A stretch of 64,000 nt of DNA from Phycisphaerae bacterium (lineage in GTDB: Bacteria > Planctomycetota > Phycisphaerae > UBA1845), in assembly GCA_963666835.2 (NCBI GenBank), contig CAXXGO010000006.1, forward strand, positions 416,001-480,000, in the 5' to 3' direction. Positions 1-10,741 of the stretch are shown here, piece by piece. The first letter of the stretch is position 1, and every line of letters starts with the position of its first letter. The translations under genes were made by a program, and so were the position numbers. Under the pieces are notes generated by a model. The model did no database searches and had not been told where the DNA came from. It saw only the letters and a program-made list of their open reading frames with translations.

Positions 1-1
1 C

Positions 2-742
2 CTGTATCACCACGGAATTCAGTCACACTGTGGGTGGTACGAGGCTTCGGCGGAGTGGCTGGCCGATTCGGGGTATGCGGTTCTTCAGGTCGATCGCCGG
101 GGCAGCGGGCGGAATGAGATTGACCGGGGGCACGCAGAGTCGGCGGACCAGTTGATTGCCGATGCGCTGGCGGCGCGCGATGAACTTGCACGGCGGGTGG
201 GCTTTGCCGAGCACCATGTGGTCGGCGTAAGCTGGGGGGGAAAGCTGGCGGTTACGGCATACGTGACCGACCCGCAGGGAGTGCGAAGTCTCTCGCTGGT
301 GACTCCGGGGCTGTTCCCGCTCGTCGGAGTGTCCAAGAGCATGATGGCCAAGATCGGTTTCGCGATGCTCTACGAACCACGAGAGTTCTTCGATATTCCG
401 CTGGACGACGCAGAGTTCTTCACGTCCGTGCCGCGGTGGAAGGACTATATCGGTACGGATCCGCTCACTCTGCGCCAATGCACCGCCGGCTTCTATCTGG
501 CTTCGCGCCGGATGGACAAGACGGTGGCTCGTTTGGGGGGTGTGGAGGCGGTTCCGATCCACTTGTTACTGGCTGGTGACGAACGAATCATTGACAACGA
601 GCAGACGGAATGCTTCATTCGTACAGTAGGGTGGCCGGATTTCCGAGTAACACGATATGACGAAGCTCGGCATTCCCTGGAGTTCGAAGGGGACCCGGCC
701 GGGTATTTTGGTGATCTGGTCGGTTTCCTTCAGGGGCATTAG
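2..742 (+). CDS. Alpha/beta hydrolase (lysophospholipase-like), 5'-truncated by the window edge
   Basis: The frame is open from base 2: LYHHGIQSH (HG oxyanion motif), DRRGSG, nucleophile elbow GVSWGG, D-x-I-I-D and a C-terminal ARHSL catalytic His. Confidence 0.85.
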   Translation: MYHHGIQSHCGWYEASAEWLADSGYAVLQVDRRGSGRNEIDRGHAESADQLIADALAARDELARRVGFAEHHVVGVSWGGKLAVTAYVTDPQGVRSLSLVTPGLFPLVGVSKSMMAKIGFAMLYEPREFFDIPLDDAEFFTSVPRWKDYIGTDPLTLRQCTAGFYLASRRMDKTVARLGGVEAVPIHLLLAGDERIIDNEQTECFIRTVGWPDFRVTRYDEARHSLEFEGDPAGYFGDLVGFLQGH

Positions 743-897
743 GTACTGGAAAAGCACGCCGGCGGCAGGGTCGCCCGCAACCGGTGGAGGACGGGTCCGA
801 AGCGTGTTCCGTTACCCGTCATTTTGAGTCTTCTCGCCGTCGAGGACGGTGAGTACCGGCAGGCTTGTCAGGCGGCGACGTAGGAGTATTCACAACG

Positions 898-2361
898 ATG
901 GTAAACAGTGCGAGAGAAACTCAAGACAAGAAGCGCCGAGTGCCGGGATCGTCCGGTTTTCGGCGATTTGGGCTTCTAGCCCTTGCGGTGTTGCTGGCCG
1001 CAACCGTATCCACCAGCCGCGCCGCCGCGACGGGGGCGGATTCTCCGGACGGCAAGATGCGTGCGGCATCCGCCAACGAGGATCCGCGACAAGGCAGGCG
1101 TTCCACGGGAAAGGCTAAGGCGCACAAGGCAAAGCGCACGGCGAAGAAGGACACGCCACCGGCACAGGCTGCCCCGGCACCAGCCCCGGCACAGGTTACT
1201 CCCGCCCCGACCCCGGCGGCCGGCGAGACGCCGGCCACTCCGGCTGAGGCAAAGCCCCTGTGGGTTTGCGAGAAGCCGACCGTGTTTGCCGAGCCGGTCT
1301 GGCAGGGTGATCCGGTTGTCTGCAAGTTCGAGTTTTCCAACCAAGGCACGGCCGATCTGGACGTAAAACTGAAGAAGGGGTGAGGTATCCAAATGAGCGG
1401 TCGGTCCGACCGCGTAATTAAGCCCGGCCAGAAGGATGACGTCACGATCACGTTGCAGTCGAAAGGCCGCACCGGTACGGTCAAACGCGATGTCACCGCC
1501 GTGACAAACGACCCCAAGAACCGAAGTGTGCGGCTCTCGTGTCGCGCAGAGGTTCGTAACCAGTTCAAGGGCGGATCTCTGAAGATGAGTTTCGGGAAGA
1601 TCACGCGAGATTCCGGCCCGCAAACTCGGACAATCACTCTGGAGCGCGGCGACGGCAGTGCCATCAAACCATCGGTCGTCAGAAGCGGACTCCCTGCGGA
1701 GGCTACCGCTGTTCGCGAGATCACTCCCGGCGAGAAGTACGAACTCGACGTCACGCTGAGCCCCCCGTGGCCCAACGGACCGTTGACCAGGTCCCTCAAA
1801 ATCAAGACCGGCATGAAGGAGGCTCCCGAAACAGAGCTTCGGATTAACGCCGACGTCGTGCCGCGGGTTGCCGCCGTTCCGAACCGTTTCTCTATTCGCC
1901 CCGGGGCTTCCGAGAAAGCCGAACACACGGCCATGATCGTCTGGGACGAGGGCGTCAACCACAAAGTCACCGCCGTCAGCGCGACCGATCCGCAGCTCGG
2001 GGTGCGGATAGACGAGACCCCGGGCGGACAGCAGAAGTTGGTGTTGACGGTCCCGGCCGGGTTTGTTCGCCCGAAGCGCCTGCCGTCGGTTACCCTCACG
2101 ACGGACGATGACGAAGTGAAGACGTTGGTGGTGCCTATCAGGTATGCCGCGGTAAGAAAGACCCGGGGACCTCAACCTCCACGGGGTGCGGTACCGGCCC
2201 CCAGCTTGCGCTCCACTGCGCCGCCGAAGTCGGCGGGGGAGACCGGTACTACCCAGACTGAGCAACCGGACAAGAAGACTCCGACGACCGGCAAAGAAAC
2301 GCCGAGCGCCGACAAGAACAAGGGCGGCTGCGGCGGTGGTTGCGGGGGCGGCGGCAAGTAG
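898..2361 (+). CDS. Exported DUF1573-like Ig-fold protein with an in-frame UGA at 1381-1383; candidate selenoprotein (about 487 aa if read through)
   Basis: ORFs 865..1383 and 1393..2361 are in the same frame, separated only by TGA-GGT-ATC-CAA. The joined sequence FEFSNQGTADLDVKLKKG-*-GIQ...VIKPGQ...G.VKRDVTAVTNDP matches the DUF1573 pattern FxNxG..L.I..V..SCGC...IxPG...G...K.I.V.TND. An AGGAG RBS precedes ATG 898, followed by a signal-like hydrophobic segment and an Ala/Pro linker. Confidence 0.75.
1397..1413 (+). promoter_or_regulatory. Putative bacterial SECIS hairpin
   Basis: Perfect stem GCGGTC-GGTCC-GACCGC with a G-led apical loop beginning 19 nt after the in-frame UGA. Confidence 0.6.
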
Positions 2362-2743
2362 CCCTCTCGCTGCGAGAGGCAAGTTTGAGTTACCGTGGGG
2401 CAGCGCGAACAACCGATCGCGCTGCCCCGTTTCTATACCGGCGGCGGTGGAAGCCGTATCGACGGGCAAGGACGTGTCTGAACAAGCCCGGGGCCGCGCG
2501 ATCGTCGATGAGTCGGTGTCCCTTACGTGAGGCGCAAGTGCCGGCTTTGAGGAGGGAAGTACGGTTGTGCTCAAGTTCGAGATGGTATTGCCGATAAAGG
2601 ACTCGTAGGGTGGTACAAACCCTAGCAGCCCGCTGCAAAGCGGATGAATACAGACACCTCAGCGCAGGCGTCTCTCGAGATCATAAGCGGAAGTAGGCTC
2701 CGAACATAGGCGGCCGGAGTCTGGCGCGGCGGCACGCGCCGTT

Positions 2744-3049
2744 TTGGCTAACCGGCGGCAAGTCACCCGGACGAAGAGTGTGTTTTTGAGCGTGCCCAGC
2801 GGTGTCAGACATCTTGCCGGTACCACGATTCCGTTTGGGAACATCGCGGAGCCGGGCTGCTATGTAAGCCACTGGGACGGACATCTGCTTCGCGTTCTCC
2901 CAGGCGGTGTGGTTGCGGGGCGTTCCCCGGTTTTGAGTATTGTGGGGCGGCGTACGCTCTACGTGACGAAGATCAGCAGTGATCCGTTCTTGCCGATGAC
3001 GAGAGCGCGCTCGGCGGCAGCCAACTTGGATCTGAACGTGGAATTCTGA
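2744..3049 (+). CDS. Small hypothetical protein (start uncertain)
   Basis: 101-aa ORF with protein-like composition (IPFGNIAEPGCYVSHWDGHLLRV...TKISSDPF) filling the gap between two + strand genes. Confidence 0.55.
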   Translation: MANRRQVTRTKSVFLSVPSGVRHLAGTTIPFGNIAEPGCYVSHWDGHLLRVLPGGVVAGRSPVLSIVGRRTLYVTKISSDPFLPMTRARSAAANLDLNVEF

Positions 3050-3285
3050 AGCTCGGTGGTTCGGTCGGACATCGGGAGTCAGTCGGCGGTGGGCGGTCCG
3101 GAGGGGCGCCTGCCGCCTTTTCTACGCACCGCGCTATGTAACAAGCCGGTCTCTAACCGCACCGAATGAGCCTTTCGATCCGGGAGACGTATAATCCCCG
3201 TAGCTCACCGGGAACCGGGGCGGAGAGGCCGCCTTCGGAACCGTCGGGAACAAAGCGGATTCTAGTCATGCATGCAGGATGGATT

Positions 3286-5634
3286 ATGAGATTCAGGCTA
3301 ACGCGGGTTGTATTGGTTGTGATGTCGGTAGCCCTGGGCTCATCGGGTTTTGCGCAGACCCCCGGGGCCGCCGGATCCAAGCCGAAGGCGAGATTGAGCC
3401 TGGTCTCGGCGGTTGAGGCCGTCACCGCGGCCCAGCCCTTCGAACTCGGGATTCGGATCGAGCTGGATTCGGGATGGCACACTTACTGGCAGAACAGCGG
3501 AGACAGCGGTTTGCCGCCGAAGGTCGCATGGGATCTGCCGGAGGGGTTCTCGGTCGGTTCTCTGCGGTTTCCCGTACCCCAGCGTCACGTCGACCGGCTC
3601 GGGATGTCGACGTACGTGCTGCCCGGCGAACCGGTTCTGCTGGCCACCGTCACCCCGCCGGAGAAGATTGCGAATCCGAAGGTCACGTTCGGGGCGAAGG
3701 TCAACTACCTGGTTTGCAGAGAGAAGTGCCTGCGCGAAGAGGCCGTGATCCGTTTGGAGCTGCCGGTCCAGCTTCCTGGGAGCACCCCGAAATCGATCAA
3801 CGAGGATCTCTTTCACCGAGCCCGCGCTGCTTTACCCCGTACTGCGAGTAAGCGCGTTACCGTCACGGCCACGGCGGATGTAAAGGCGCTTACACAAGGG
3901 CAGATCTTCGAGCTGGACCTGGCGGTAGATATTGCTGAGGGCCTCGGTCTTCCGGTCGGCAAAGACGATCACGGCATGCCGAGGGTCGACGTGTTCATGA
4001 AGCGTATCGGCGGCGTCTACTTCGAAGCCCCGGTACTTTCCGATCCGCAGCAACTCGAACGTGATTACGCGACCGGTCGGTTTACGATCCGCGTCCCTAT
4101 CGAGATTGACGAAGTTCCACCATCCGGAGCTTTGAGTCTAGAGGGTGTTCTTGCTTACACGCCTTGCGAGCGGGTCGAAGAGTGTTATCCGCGGGAAGGA
4201 GCGCTTTTCTCTCTGTTGGTAGGTGATCAAAATGACGTTGCCGCGTCACAACCTGCAGAGAGTGATGCTTCGCCGCCGGTTGCGATTCCGTCAAGCCCGC
4301 CCCCTGCCGCACTTTTGCCGCAGGAAACACGTTCTGAGGAAGGAGCGGGCAAGCCCCCGGGTTTTCTGGATCGATTGGGCGCGATTGGTTTGCTGATCGG
4401 CTGTTTCATCTACGGCCTGTTTCTGAACGCCACCCCCTGTGTTCTGCCGTTGCTTTCGATCAAGGTCCTTGGGTTCGTCCAGCAGGCCCACGAATCGCGC
4501 AAACGCACTCTGGGGCTCGGCTTGGCATTCGGGGCCGGCGTGATCTTGTTCTTTATCGTTCTGGGTTTGTTGGCCGGGGCGGGCACAAACATCTTGCACT
4601 TCCCGGTAGCGGTCATTGCCCTCTCCACAGTTGTCATGGCGCTGGCACTTGGGATGCTCGGGGTCTATACGTTGAACGTACCCACCACCGCCACCAAGCT
4701 CGAGGCCAACATTCAGCGCGAGGGCGGGCTTGCCTCGTTCGGCAAAGGAGCGTTGGCTCCGGTTCTGGGTTTTGCCTGCACCGGACCGCTACTAGCCGGG
4801 GCGTTCGCGTGGGCCACCCAGCAGCCGTGGGGGCTGGCTGTGGCGGCGTTCACCGTCGCCGGCTTGGGCATGGCCAGTCCGTACATAATCCTGGGCGCCA
4901 ACCCCAACTGGCTCAGTTTCTTGCCCAAGCCCGGTCCTTGGATGATCACGTTCGAGCGGATCATGGGTTTCCTGCTGTTGGCGATGGTCGTCTGGCTGCT
5001 CGATCCGCTGGTAACCCAGATCGGGGCGGCGGGGCTGCAGTGGACGTTGGTGTTCATGGTGGCGGTGGCGATGGCCTGCTGGGTGCTCGGACGGATCGAC
5101 GTGACGATGCCCGCAAAACAGCGCTGGCGCTATCGCGTCACCGCATTGCTGATCGCAGGTGCCGCCGCGGTCGCCGTCTACGGTTGGATTTACCCGATAG
5201 GCGAAGCCGCCGAAGCCGCGCGGCAACGGTATCTCGCCCAACATGGCGGATACGCTACGGTCGACTGGTCGACGGGGATACCCTGGCGGCATTGGTCCCG
5301 GGAGGCGGTTGAGCGCGAGGTCGAAGCCGGCAAGATAGTCTTCGTGGATTTCACGGCCGCGTTCTGCACCGAGTGCAAAGCCAACAAGAAGCTGGCCACC
5401 AACACGGCAGAGGTGCGGGCGAAGATGGAGTCGTTGGGGGTGGTCCCGTTCAGGGGCGATTTCACATGGAAGGACGCCGCAATATCCGCCGAGCTGCAAC
5501 GCTTCAATCACGCGGGCGTGCCGTTCAACCTGATCTACCGTGCGAATCAACCGGATAAGCCAATGGTGCTGAAAACGGTCCTGACCAAGTCCTACCTGCT
5601 GGAGAAACTGGACGAAGCCTCCCGACCAGAGTGA
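3286..5634 (+). CDS. dsbD: DsbD-family thiol:disulfide interchange protein (N-terminal Ig-like domain, TM domain, C-terminal thioredoxin)
   Basis: Signal peptide; GWHTYWQNSGDSGLP and CREKC (N domain); TPCVLP and FACTGP (membrane Cys pair); FVDFTAAFCTECK (thioredoxin CxxC). The start could also be 3166 or 3268. Confidence 0.85.
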   Translation: MRFRLTRVVLVVMSVALGSSGFAQTPGAAGSKPKARLSLVSAVEAVTAAQPFELGIRIELDSGWHTYWQNSGDSGLPPKVAWDLPEGFSVGSLRFPVPQRHVDRLGMSTYVLPGEPVLLATVTPPEKIANPKVTFGAKVNYLVCREKCLREEAVIRLELPVQLPGSTPKSINEDLFHRARAALPRTASKRVTVTATADVKALTQGQIFELDLAVDIAEGLGLPVGKDDHGMPRVDVFMKRIGGVYFEAPVLSDPQQLERDYATGRFTIRVPIEIDEVPPSGALSLEGVLAYTPCERVEECYPREGALFSLLVGDQNDVAASQPAESDASPPVAIPSSPPPAALLPQETRSEEGAGKPPGFLDRLGAIGLLIGCFIYGLFLNATPCVLPLLSIKVLGFVQQAHESRKRTLGLGLAFGAGVILFFIVLGLLAGAGTNILHFPVAVIALSTVVMALALGMLGVYTLNVPTTATKLEANIQREGGLASFGKGALAPVLGFACTGPLLAGAFAWATQQPWGLAVAAFTVAGLGMASPYIILGANPNWLSFLPKPGPWMITFERIMGFLLLAMVVWLLDPLVTQIGAAGLQWTLVFMVAVAMACWVLGRIDVTMPAKQRWRYRVTALLIAGAAAVAVYGWIYPIGEAAEAARQRYLAQHGGYATVDWSTGIPWRHWSREAVEREVEAGKIVFVDFTAAFCTECKANKKLATNTAEVRAKMESLGVVPFRGDFTWKDAAISAELQRFNHAGVPFNLIYRANQPDKPMVLKTVLTKSYLLEKLDEASRPE

Positions 5635-5752
5635 TGCGGAACAGGGGGGCAGGTTGGAGTTGCCGGGCCCGCCCCGGCCGGCTTCTTGCCGGAAGACGCA
5701 TCTGTTACGGTGGGTGCGGTGGACAATCGGGGAAGTGGTCGAGGAGGATCGG

Positions 5753-7246
5753 TCACACTTCCGTTCGCGCGCCGGGACGGATCGCGGCGAGAAACTCCTC
5801 TTCCGGAACGCGGCGACTGACGAGTGCCTGGGCCATGCCAGTTTTCGGATTGACCGCGGCGATTTCGGTGACGTTGTCGATCTTCCGACGATCGACCAGC
5901 ACCGGACCCTTCAGCGGCTTGTTCACTTTGACGACGCGGGAGCCGAACACGATTGTCACACCGGCGTGGATCCTCTCGGCGGCGTGAATGGCGGGAGTCT
6001 CCGCCGTTTTGAGCTGGGCAACCAGCTTCTCCAGCCGCTTGCGGGCGGCCTTGATCCGGACCTCCGCCTCGTCGGCGGTTTTGAGATAATCGCGCGCCTG
6101 ATTATGCCGCTCGGACGTCTGTGGTCCGGCCTCCGCAAACGGCTGCAGAAGCTTGCGCATCTCCGCAATCGCCGCGACTTTGCGTTCCACATCCTCCTCG
6201 ATACGGATGATCTCCAACAGAACGCTGGGGGTGATTCCCATCACGATCCGCGTGGCGGCGTTAGCGTCGTTGCCCAGCGACTCGACGGTGATATCGCCGC
6301 CGACGCACACGTGTCCGCCCACGAGGGATCCACGTTCGGCCAGGAGTTCCCCATCAGCGAAAACGGTACAATTGACGAGCCCCTTCGAGACCTTTACGTC
6401 GCCCCCGGCGTGCAGTTCCGCTTCCTGGCAGAATTTCGCAATGACGTCGCCGCCGGCATTGACCATGCCGGCTCCCCGTCCGACGATCCCTCCCCGAACG
6501 AAGACGTGTTCCGCCGCGCGCAGGTCGGCCGCTTCGACCATCCCGCCAACAACCACGGACTTGCCCCCGCGAATAACAGCGCGATTCTCGACGACGCCTT
6601 CGATGTTCACGTCAAAAGGAGAGGCGATCTTCTTCGAGCTGGCCGTGACATCGCCCTCGACGTTGAAGGCCTCGTCTACCTCCAAGTTCATCCCGGCCAA
6701 GACGAGTAACCCGGCCGCGGTGGCAGTCACGGTAAACGGCGTCTTCTCCTCCCGTTTCAGGGACCCACCTACTTCGATTCGGCCGGTCTCGGTGGGGAGG
6801 GGGAGGGCATTTCCGAGAACATCAACTCCGGCCTCCGCCGAACCCGACAAGACGACCTTCCCGACAACGGTTCCCGCCGAAACCGGGACCGTGGCCGAGA
6901 ACGGAGCGTAACTCGGCTCCTTCGGATCGCCCCATTTCAGGACCTTCGGGGCGAGCGCCGGATCCCATTCCACGGACTCGTTGGCCAATTGGGCCGCCGG
7001 TCGAGCCTGGGCGACAACGAACGGCTCGGCGGGGAGCTTGCCCCCGGCCGCGAGCTTGACGAACTGATCGATCCGCGCCCGGACCGCGTCGTTCAAGAAT
7101 ACCCCGGCATACTCCAGCGCCGCCGCTACGCCATCGGGCGTAGGGGAATCACCATTCCCGGTCTGAAGGCTTAGCATCGCCTGCATCTTGTCCGGCGATA
7201 TCTTCACCGAGACTGCGCAGGATGTGGTTGTACCGGTATTCGCCAT
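5753..7246 (-). CDS. FapA / DUF342 family protein
   Basis: N-terminal VKISPDKMQAML, GVDVLG motif, beta-helix repeats (GDV..., AGGDV, GG.V..GG.I), LG...AATRI.MG, a coiled coil and IHAGVTI.FG. Confidence 0.8.
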   Translation of the reverse strand: MANTGTTTSCAVSVKISPDKMQAMLSLQTGNGDSPTPDGVAAALEYAGVFLNDAVRARIDQFVKLAAGGKLPAEPFVVAQARPAAQLANESVEWDPALAPKVLKWGDPKEPSYAPFSATVPVSAGTVVGKVVLSGSAEAGVDVLGNALPLPTETGRIEVGGSLKREEKTPFTVTATAAGLLVLAGMNLEVDEAFNVEGDVTASSKKIASPFDVNIEGVVENRAVIRGGKSVVVGGMVEAADLRAAEHVFVRGGIVGRGAGMVNAGGDVIAKFCQEAELHAGGDVKVSKGLVNCTVFADGELLAERGSLVGGHVCVGGDITVESLGNDANAATRIVMGITPSVLLEIIRIEEDVERKVAAIAEMRKLLQPFAEAGPQTSERHNQARDYLKTADEAEVRIKAARKRLEKLVAQLKTAETPAIHAAERIHAGVTIVFGSRVVKVNKPLKGPVLVDRRKIDNVTEIAAVNPKTGMAQALVSRRVPEEEFLAAIRPGARTEV

Positions 7247-7453
7247 ATTCTACTCCAATCGACTCATTACCGGTGTAGAGGTGAGAACAAACCGCTCGGA
7301 CGGGAAACCGTTGGCCGGCTCCGCGCCGAGGCCGCGAAACTACGATAGCCTCAGCCCGTTACGCCGGGATCTCGGAAGGCAGCGTACTGTCTTATATTAA
7401 GGTTTCGTGTGATGCGGGCGCGGTGGTTTTAATCACAAGAAGGAGCCCTATAA

Positions 7454-8311
7454 TTGGCTCCTGCCATGCTGACGTTGAATAACATTCGAAAGGCCTTCGG
7501 TGAATTGGTCGCCGTGGACGATCTGTCGCTGGAGATCGCGCGCGGGGAGGTATTCGGCCTACTCGGACCCAACGGGGCCGGGAAAACCACCACGGTCAAC
7601 ATGACCGTTGGTTTGCTCGCCCCGGACAGCGGTACGGTAGTGGTGGGCGGCGGCGGTTCTCCGACCAGCCCGGCCGTGCGGGCCAAGATCGGCGTCGCCC
7701 CCCAGGCGTTGGCTTTATACGAAGAGCTGACCGGCGAGGAGAACGTGGTCTTCTTCGCCAAGCTGCAGGGGCTTTCGGGCCGCCGGCTGACCGAACGGGT
7801 CCGCTGGGCGTTGGATTTCGTCGGTCTGTGGGATCGCCGCCGGGACTACCTGAGGACCTACTCCGGCGGAATGAAGCGACGGCTCAATCTGGCGGTCGCC
7901 GTGGTCCACAACCCGCAGCTTCTGCTACTCGACGAGCCCACGGTCGGAGTGGATCCGCAGTCACGCAACGCCATTTTCGAGAACATCCTGGCCCTGAAAG
8001 AAGAAGGGCACACCGTGGTCTACACGACGCACTACATGGAGGAGGCTCAGCGTCTCTGCCAGCGCGTCGGGGTTGTCGACCACGGTAAGCTGTTGGCTTT
8101 GGATACGGTCGACAATCTCATTTCGGATCACGGCGGCAAGAGTGTTCTTACCGTCGAGCGGGAGGACGGCGAGACAACCGTGGAGACCGAAGATCCGCTG
8201 GCCGAGCTGAACCGCCAGCAGGCGCAGGGCCCTCTGCTGCGTTTCCGGGTGGATCGGCCCGACTTGGAGCGAGTCTTCCTGAATCTTACCGGGAGGCATC
8301 TACGGGACTGA
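7454..8311 (+). CDS. ABC-2 type transporter ATP-binding protein
   Basis: Walker A GPNGAGKTT, signature YSGGMKRR, Walker B LLLLDEPT and THYMEEA; AAGGAG RBS upstream of the TTG. Confidence 0.95.
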   Translation: MAPAMLTLNNIRKAFGELVAVDDLSLEIARGEVFGLLGPNGAGKTTTVNMTVGLLAPDSGTVVVGGGGSPTSPAVRAKIGVAPQALALYEELTGEENVVFFAKLQGLSGRRLTERVRWALDFVGLWDRRRDYLRTYSGGMKRRLNLAVAVVHNPQLLLLDEPTVGVDPQSRNAIFENILALKEEGHTVVYTTHYMEEAQRLCQRVGVVDHGKLLALDTVDNLISDHGGKSVLTVEREDGETTVETEDPLAELNRQQAQGPLLRFRVDRPDLERVFLNLTGRHLRD

Positions 8312-9612
8312 TGAGCAAGGTCATTGCCCTGGCTATCAAGGATCTGCGGTTGCTCTTCCGCGACAAGGCGGGATTGTTCTTCACGCTGTTCCTGCCGCTG
8401 ATCTACTGTGTCTTCTTCGGCGCGATCTTCTCCGGGATGTACGGAGGCGGAGGGGTCAGCGGGATGGACACGGCCGTCGTCGACGAGGACGGCACCCCCA
8501 GCTCACAGCTGTTCATTCAGACCCTGGAGAAGGCCGCGGAGATCAACGTACAGACCGCCGACCGGGCCCAGGCGTTGGATTCGGTGCGTCGAGGGAAGAA
8601 CGTTGCCTGCGTTATCATCCCGAAGGGGTACGGGGCGGCGATGGCGAAACCCTTCTGGGGAGGTTCGCCTACGCTCGAGTTGGGTATAGACCCCTCCCGC
8701 CGGGCCGAGGCCGGCATGCTGCGCGGGATTCTCACGCAATACCTGTATCTGGAGATTCAGAAGAACATCTCCGACACGGCCAAGCTGCGGGAGCAGCTCA
8801 GCGGAGCACTGGAGGAGGTGCGAGCGTCTGAGGACACCGACCCGGTTACCCGTGGTGCCTTAATGCTCTTTCTGCCGGCACTGGACGGCTTCCTGGGTTC
8901 GCTGGCTCAGGCGAAAGATGCCGATGGTGACGGTGACGGCTCTTTCGCCGGGTTCCCGCGGGCGAAGATCGAGAGGATCGATATCGCTCGCAAGTCGAAG
9001 GGACCGCTCCCAACCAACGCTTACCAGGTTTCCTTTCCTCAGGGCGTGATCTGGGGCTTGCTGGGGTGCGCGGCGGGGTTCGGTATCTCGCTGGTGGTAG
9101 AGCGCACTCACGGAACTCTGGTGCGTCTGCGCATGGCTCCTATCTCCCGAGCGCAAGTGCTTGCGGGGAAGGCGCTGGCGTGCTTTGCTACGACGGTGGC
9201 GCTGCAGGTCGGATTGTTCCTCCTGGCTCGGGTAGCCTTCGGCGTGCAACCGACTTCGGTGGCCATGTTGGCAATGGCCGTGATCTGCGGATCGCTGGGG
9301 TTCGTCGGGATCATGATGCTCCTTTCCGTTTTGGGCAAGACCGAGCAATCGGCCGGCGGGATCGGCTGGGCGGTGCTGCTGGTGATGGCCATGCTGGGCG
9401 GGGGGATGGTGCCACTGTTTGTCATGCCGTCATGGATGAGAACGTTGGGCAACGTCAGCCCGGTCAAGTGGGCCATAACGGCGATGGAGGGAGCGGTCTG
9501 GCGCGAGTTTACGTTCGCGCAGATGCTCTTCCCGTGTGGTGTCCTGGTCGCCGTCGGCGTGGTGTGCTTCACCGTCGGCGTGTGGGCCTTCCGCTGGACC
9601 GAGGAGGGGTAG
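8311..9612 (+). CDS. ABC-2 type transporter permease
   Basis: KDLRLLFRDK N-terminus, large periplasmic loop, ER..GTLVRLRMAP motif and multiple TM helices; start overlaps the ATPase stop. Confidence 0.9.
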   Translation: MSKVIALAIKDLRLLFRDKAGLFFTLFLPLIYCVFFGAIFSGMYGGGGVSGMDTAVVDEDGTPSSQLFIQTLEKAAEINVQTADRAQALDSVRRGKNVACVIIPKGYGAAMAKPFWGGSPTLELGIDPSRRAEAGMLRGILTQYLYLEIQKNISDTAKLREQLSGALEEVRASEDTDPVTRGALMLFLPALDGFLGSLAQAKDADGDGDGSFAGFPRAKIERIDIARKSKGPLPTNAYQVSFPQGVIWGLLGCAAGFGISLVVERTHGTLVRLRMAPISRAQVLAGKALACFATTVALQVGLFLLARVAFGVQPTSVAMLAMAVICGSLGFVGIMMLLSVLGKTEQSAGGIGWAVLLVMAMLGGGMVPLFVMPSWMRTLGNVSPVKWAITAMEGAVWREFTFAQMLFPCGVLVAVGVVCFTVGVWAFRWTEEG

Positions 9613-9793
9613 CATAGCGGTGGGATCTCTTGCGATGCCGGCGCGGGTGTCATCGGGCCGGCAGCGTAAGCCGGTGTAGAGCGGCATCGGCGTGGTGGCA
9701 CGTCAACGGGCCGCCGCGTATCGGGCAAGAGCGAGTCGTTCACGCTTGCCGTACGGATTACGCCGACCGCTTCGCAGGGTACCGTCGGCGGGT

Positions 9794-10605
9794 GTTGGGC
9801 ACGGCCGAGGCACGAGACCTGCCGCAATGCCGCACGTCGCGCGAGGACCACGTAGGGCACGGTCGAGGTACGAGACCTGCCATCAAGGCCGCACGTCGCG
9901 CGAGAACCACGTAGGGCACGGTCGAGGTACGAGACCTGCCATCGAAGCCGCAATCGACCGAGTTGCACGAATATGTGACACCCGCGTGGCTCGCGGGATT
10001 AGCCCGCCAGGGCGGCAGCTCTGCCTAGCCCGCGGCGTCAGCCGCGGGATCGCCTGCTCTTGAGCAGTGCAGAACCGGCGTTGCCACATGGTTGTCATCC
10101 CGCGTAGGGCACGGTCGAGGAACGAGACCTGCCATAGAAGCCGCACATTGCACGAAGATCTCGCGTTCGGGGCATGGACCGTTCCAGCTTGCCCGTGGAG
10201 TCATGCATCGCGTCAAGCTCCACGGATCAACAAGTTGCCCCAGGACACCCTGGTGGCACCCCTGTGGGGCACGGTTGAGGTACGAGAACTGCCACAGAAG
10301 CTGCACATTGCACGAAGGCCAACGGCAGGTCTCGTTCCTCGACCATGCCCTACACCCGCTATTCCCGCTGGACGTGGGTGAGCCGATGATCAGGTATCGA
10401 CCATTGCGGCAGGTCTCGTTCCTCGACCATGCCCTACACCCGCTATTCCCGCTGGACGTGGGGGAGCCGATGATCAGGTATCGACCATTGCGGCAGGTCT
10501 CGTTCCTCGACCATGCCCTACACCCACCATTCCCGCTGGACATGGGTGAGCCGATGATCGGGCGTCGACTACCGCGGCAGGTCTCGTGCCTCGACCGTGC
10601 CCTAC
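9794..10605. repeat. Cluster of 9 REP-like palindromes (class 1: GTAGGGCA(C)GGTCGAGG(T/A/C)ACGAGACCTGCC)
   Basis: Forward copies at about 9794, 9852, 9911, 10104 and 10264. Reverse copies at 10324, 10408, 10492 and 10576 (84-bp period, near-identical linkers). Confidence 0.9.
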
Positions 10606-10741
10606 GATTGGGATATAACATCGGGCAAGGGATGGGTACCCGCGCTTGATATCAAGAGTCTGTTGGGTATGGGGCACCTGTGCGTACCTAATACGGTTGC
10701 AGACCTGCGTTTGATCGGAGTATTATGATCCGCGCAGACGT

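Noticed and set aside
921..2574. Long antisense ORFs (also 16791..18890, 5654..6709, 46130..47530 and others)
   Set aside because: Shadow frames of well-supported genes on the opposite strand in high-GC sequence, with no motifs.
9794..10605. CRISPR array (30-bp palindromic repeats at regular spacing; also 20891-22796 and 57949-58257)
   Set aside because: The spacers are near-identical to each other, repeats occur in both orientations and are scattered through the window, and there are no cas genes or leader. This fits REP/BIME elements.
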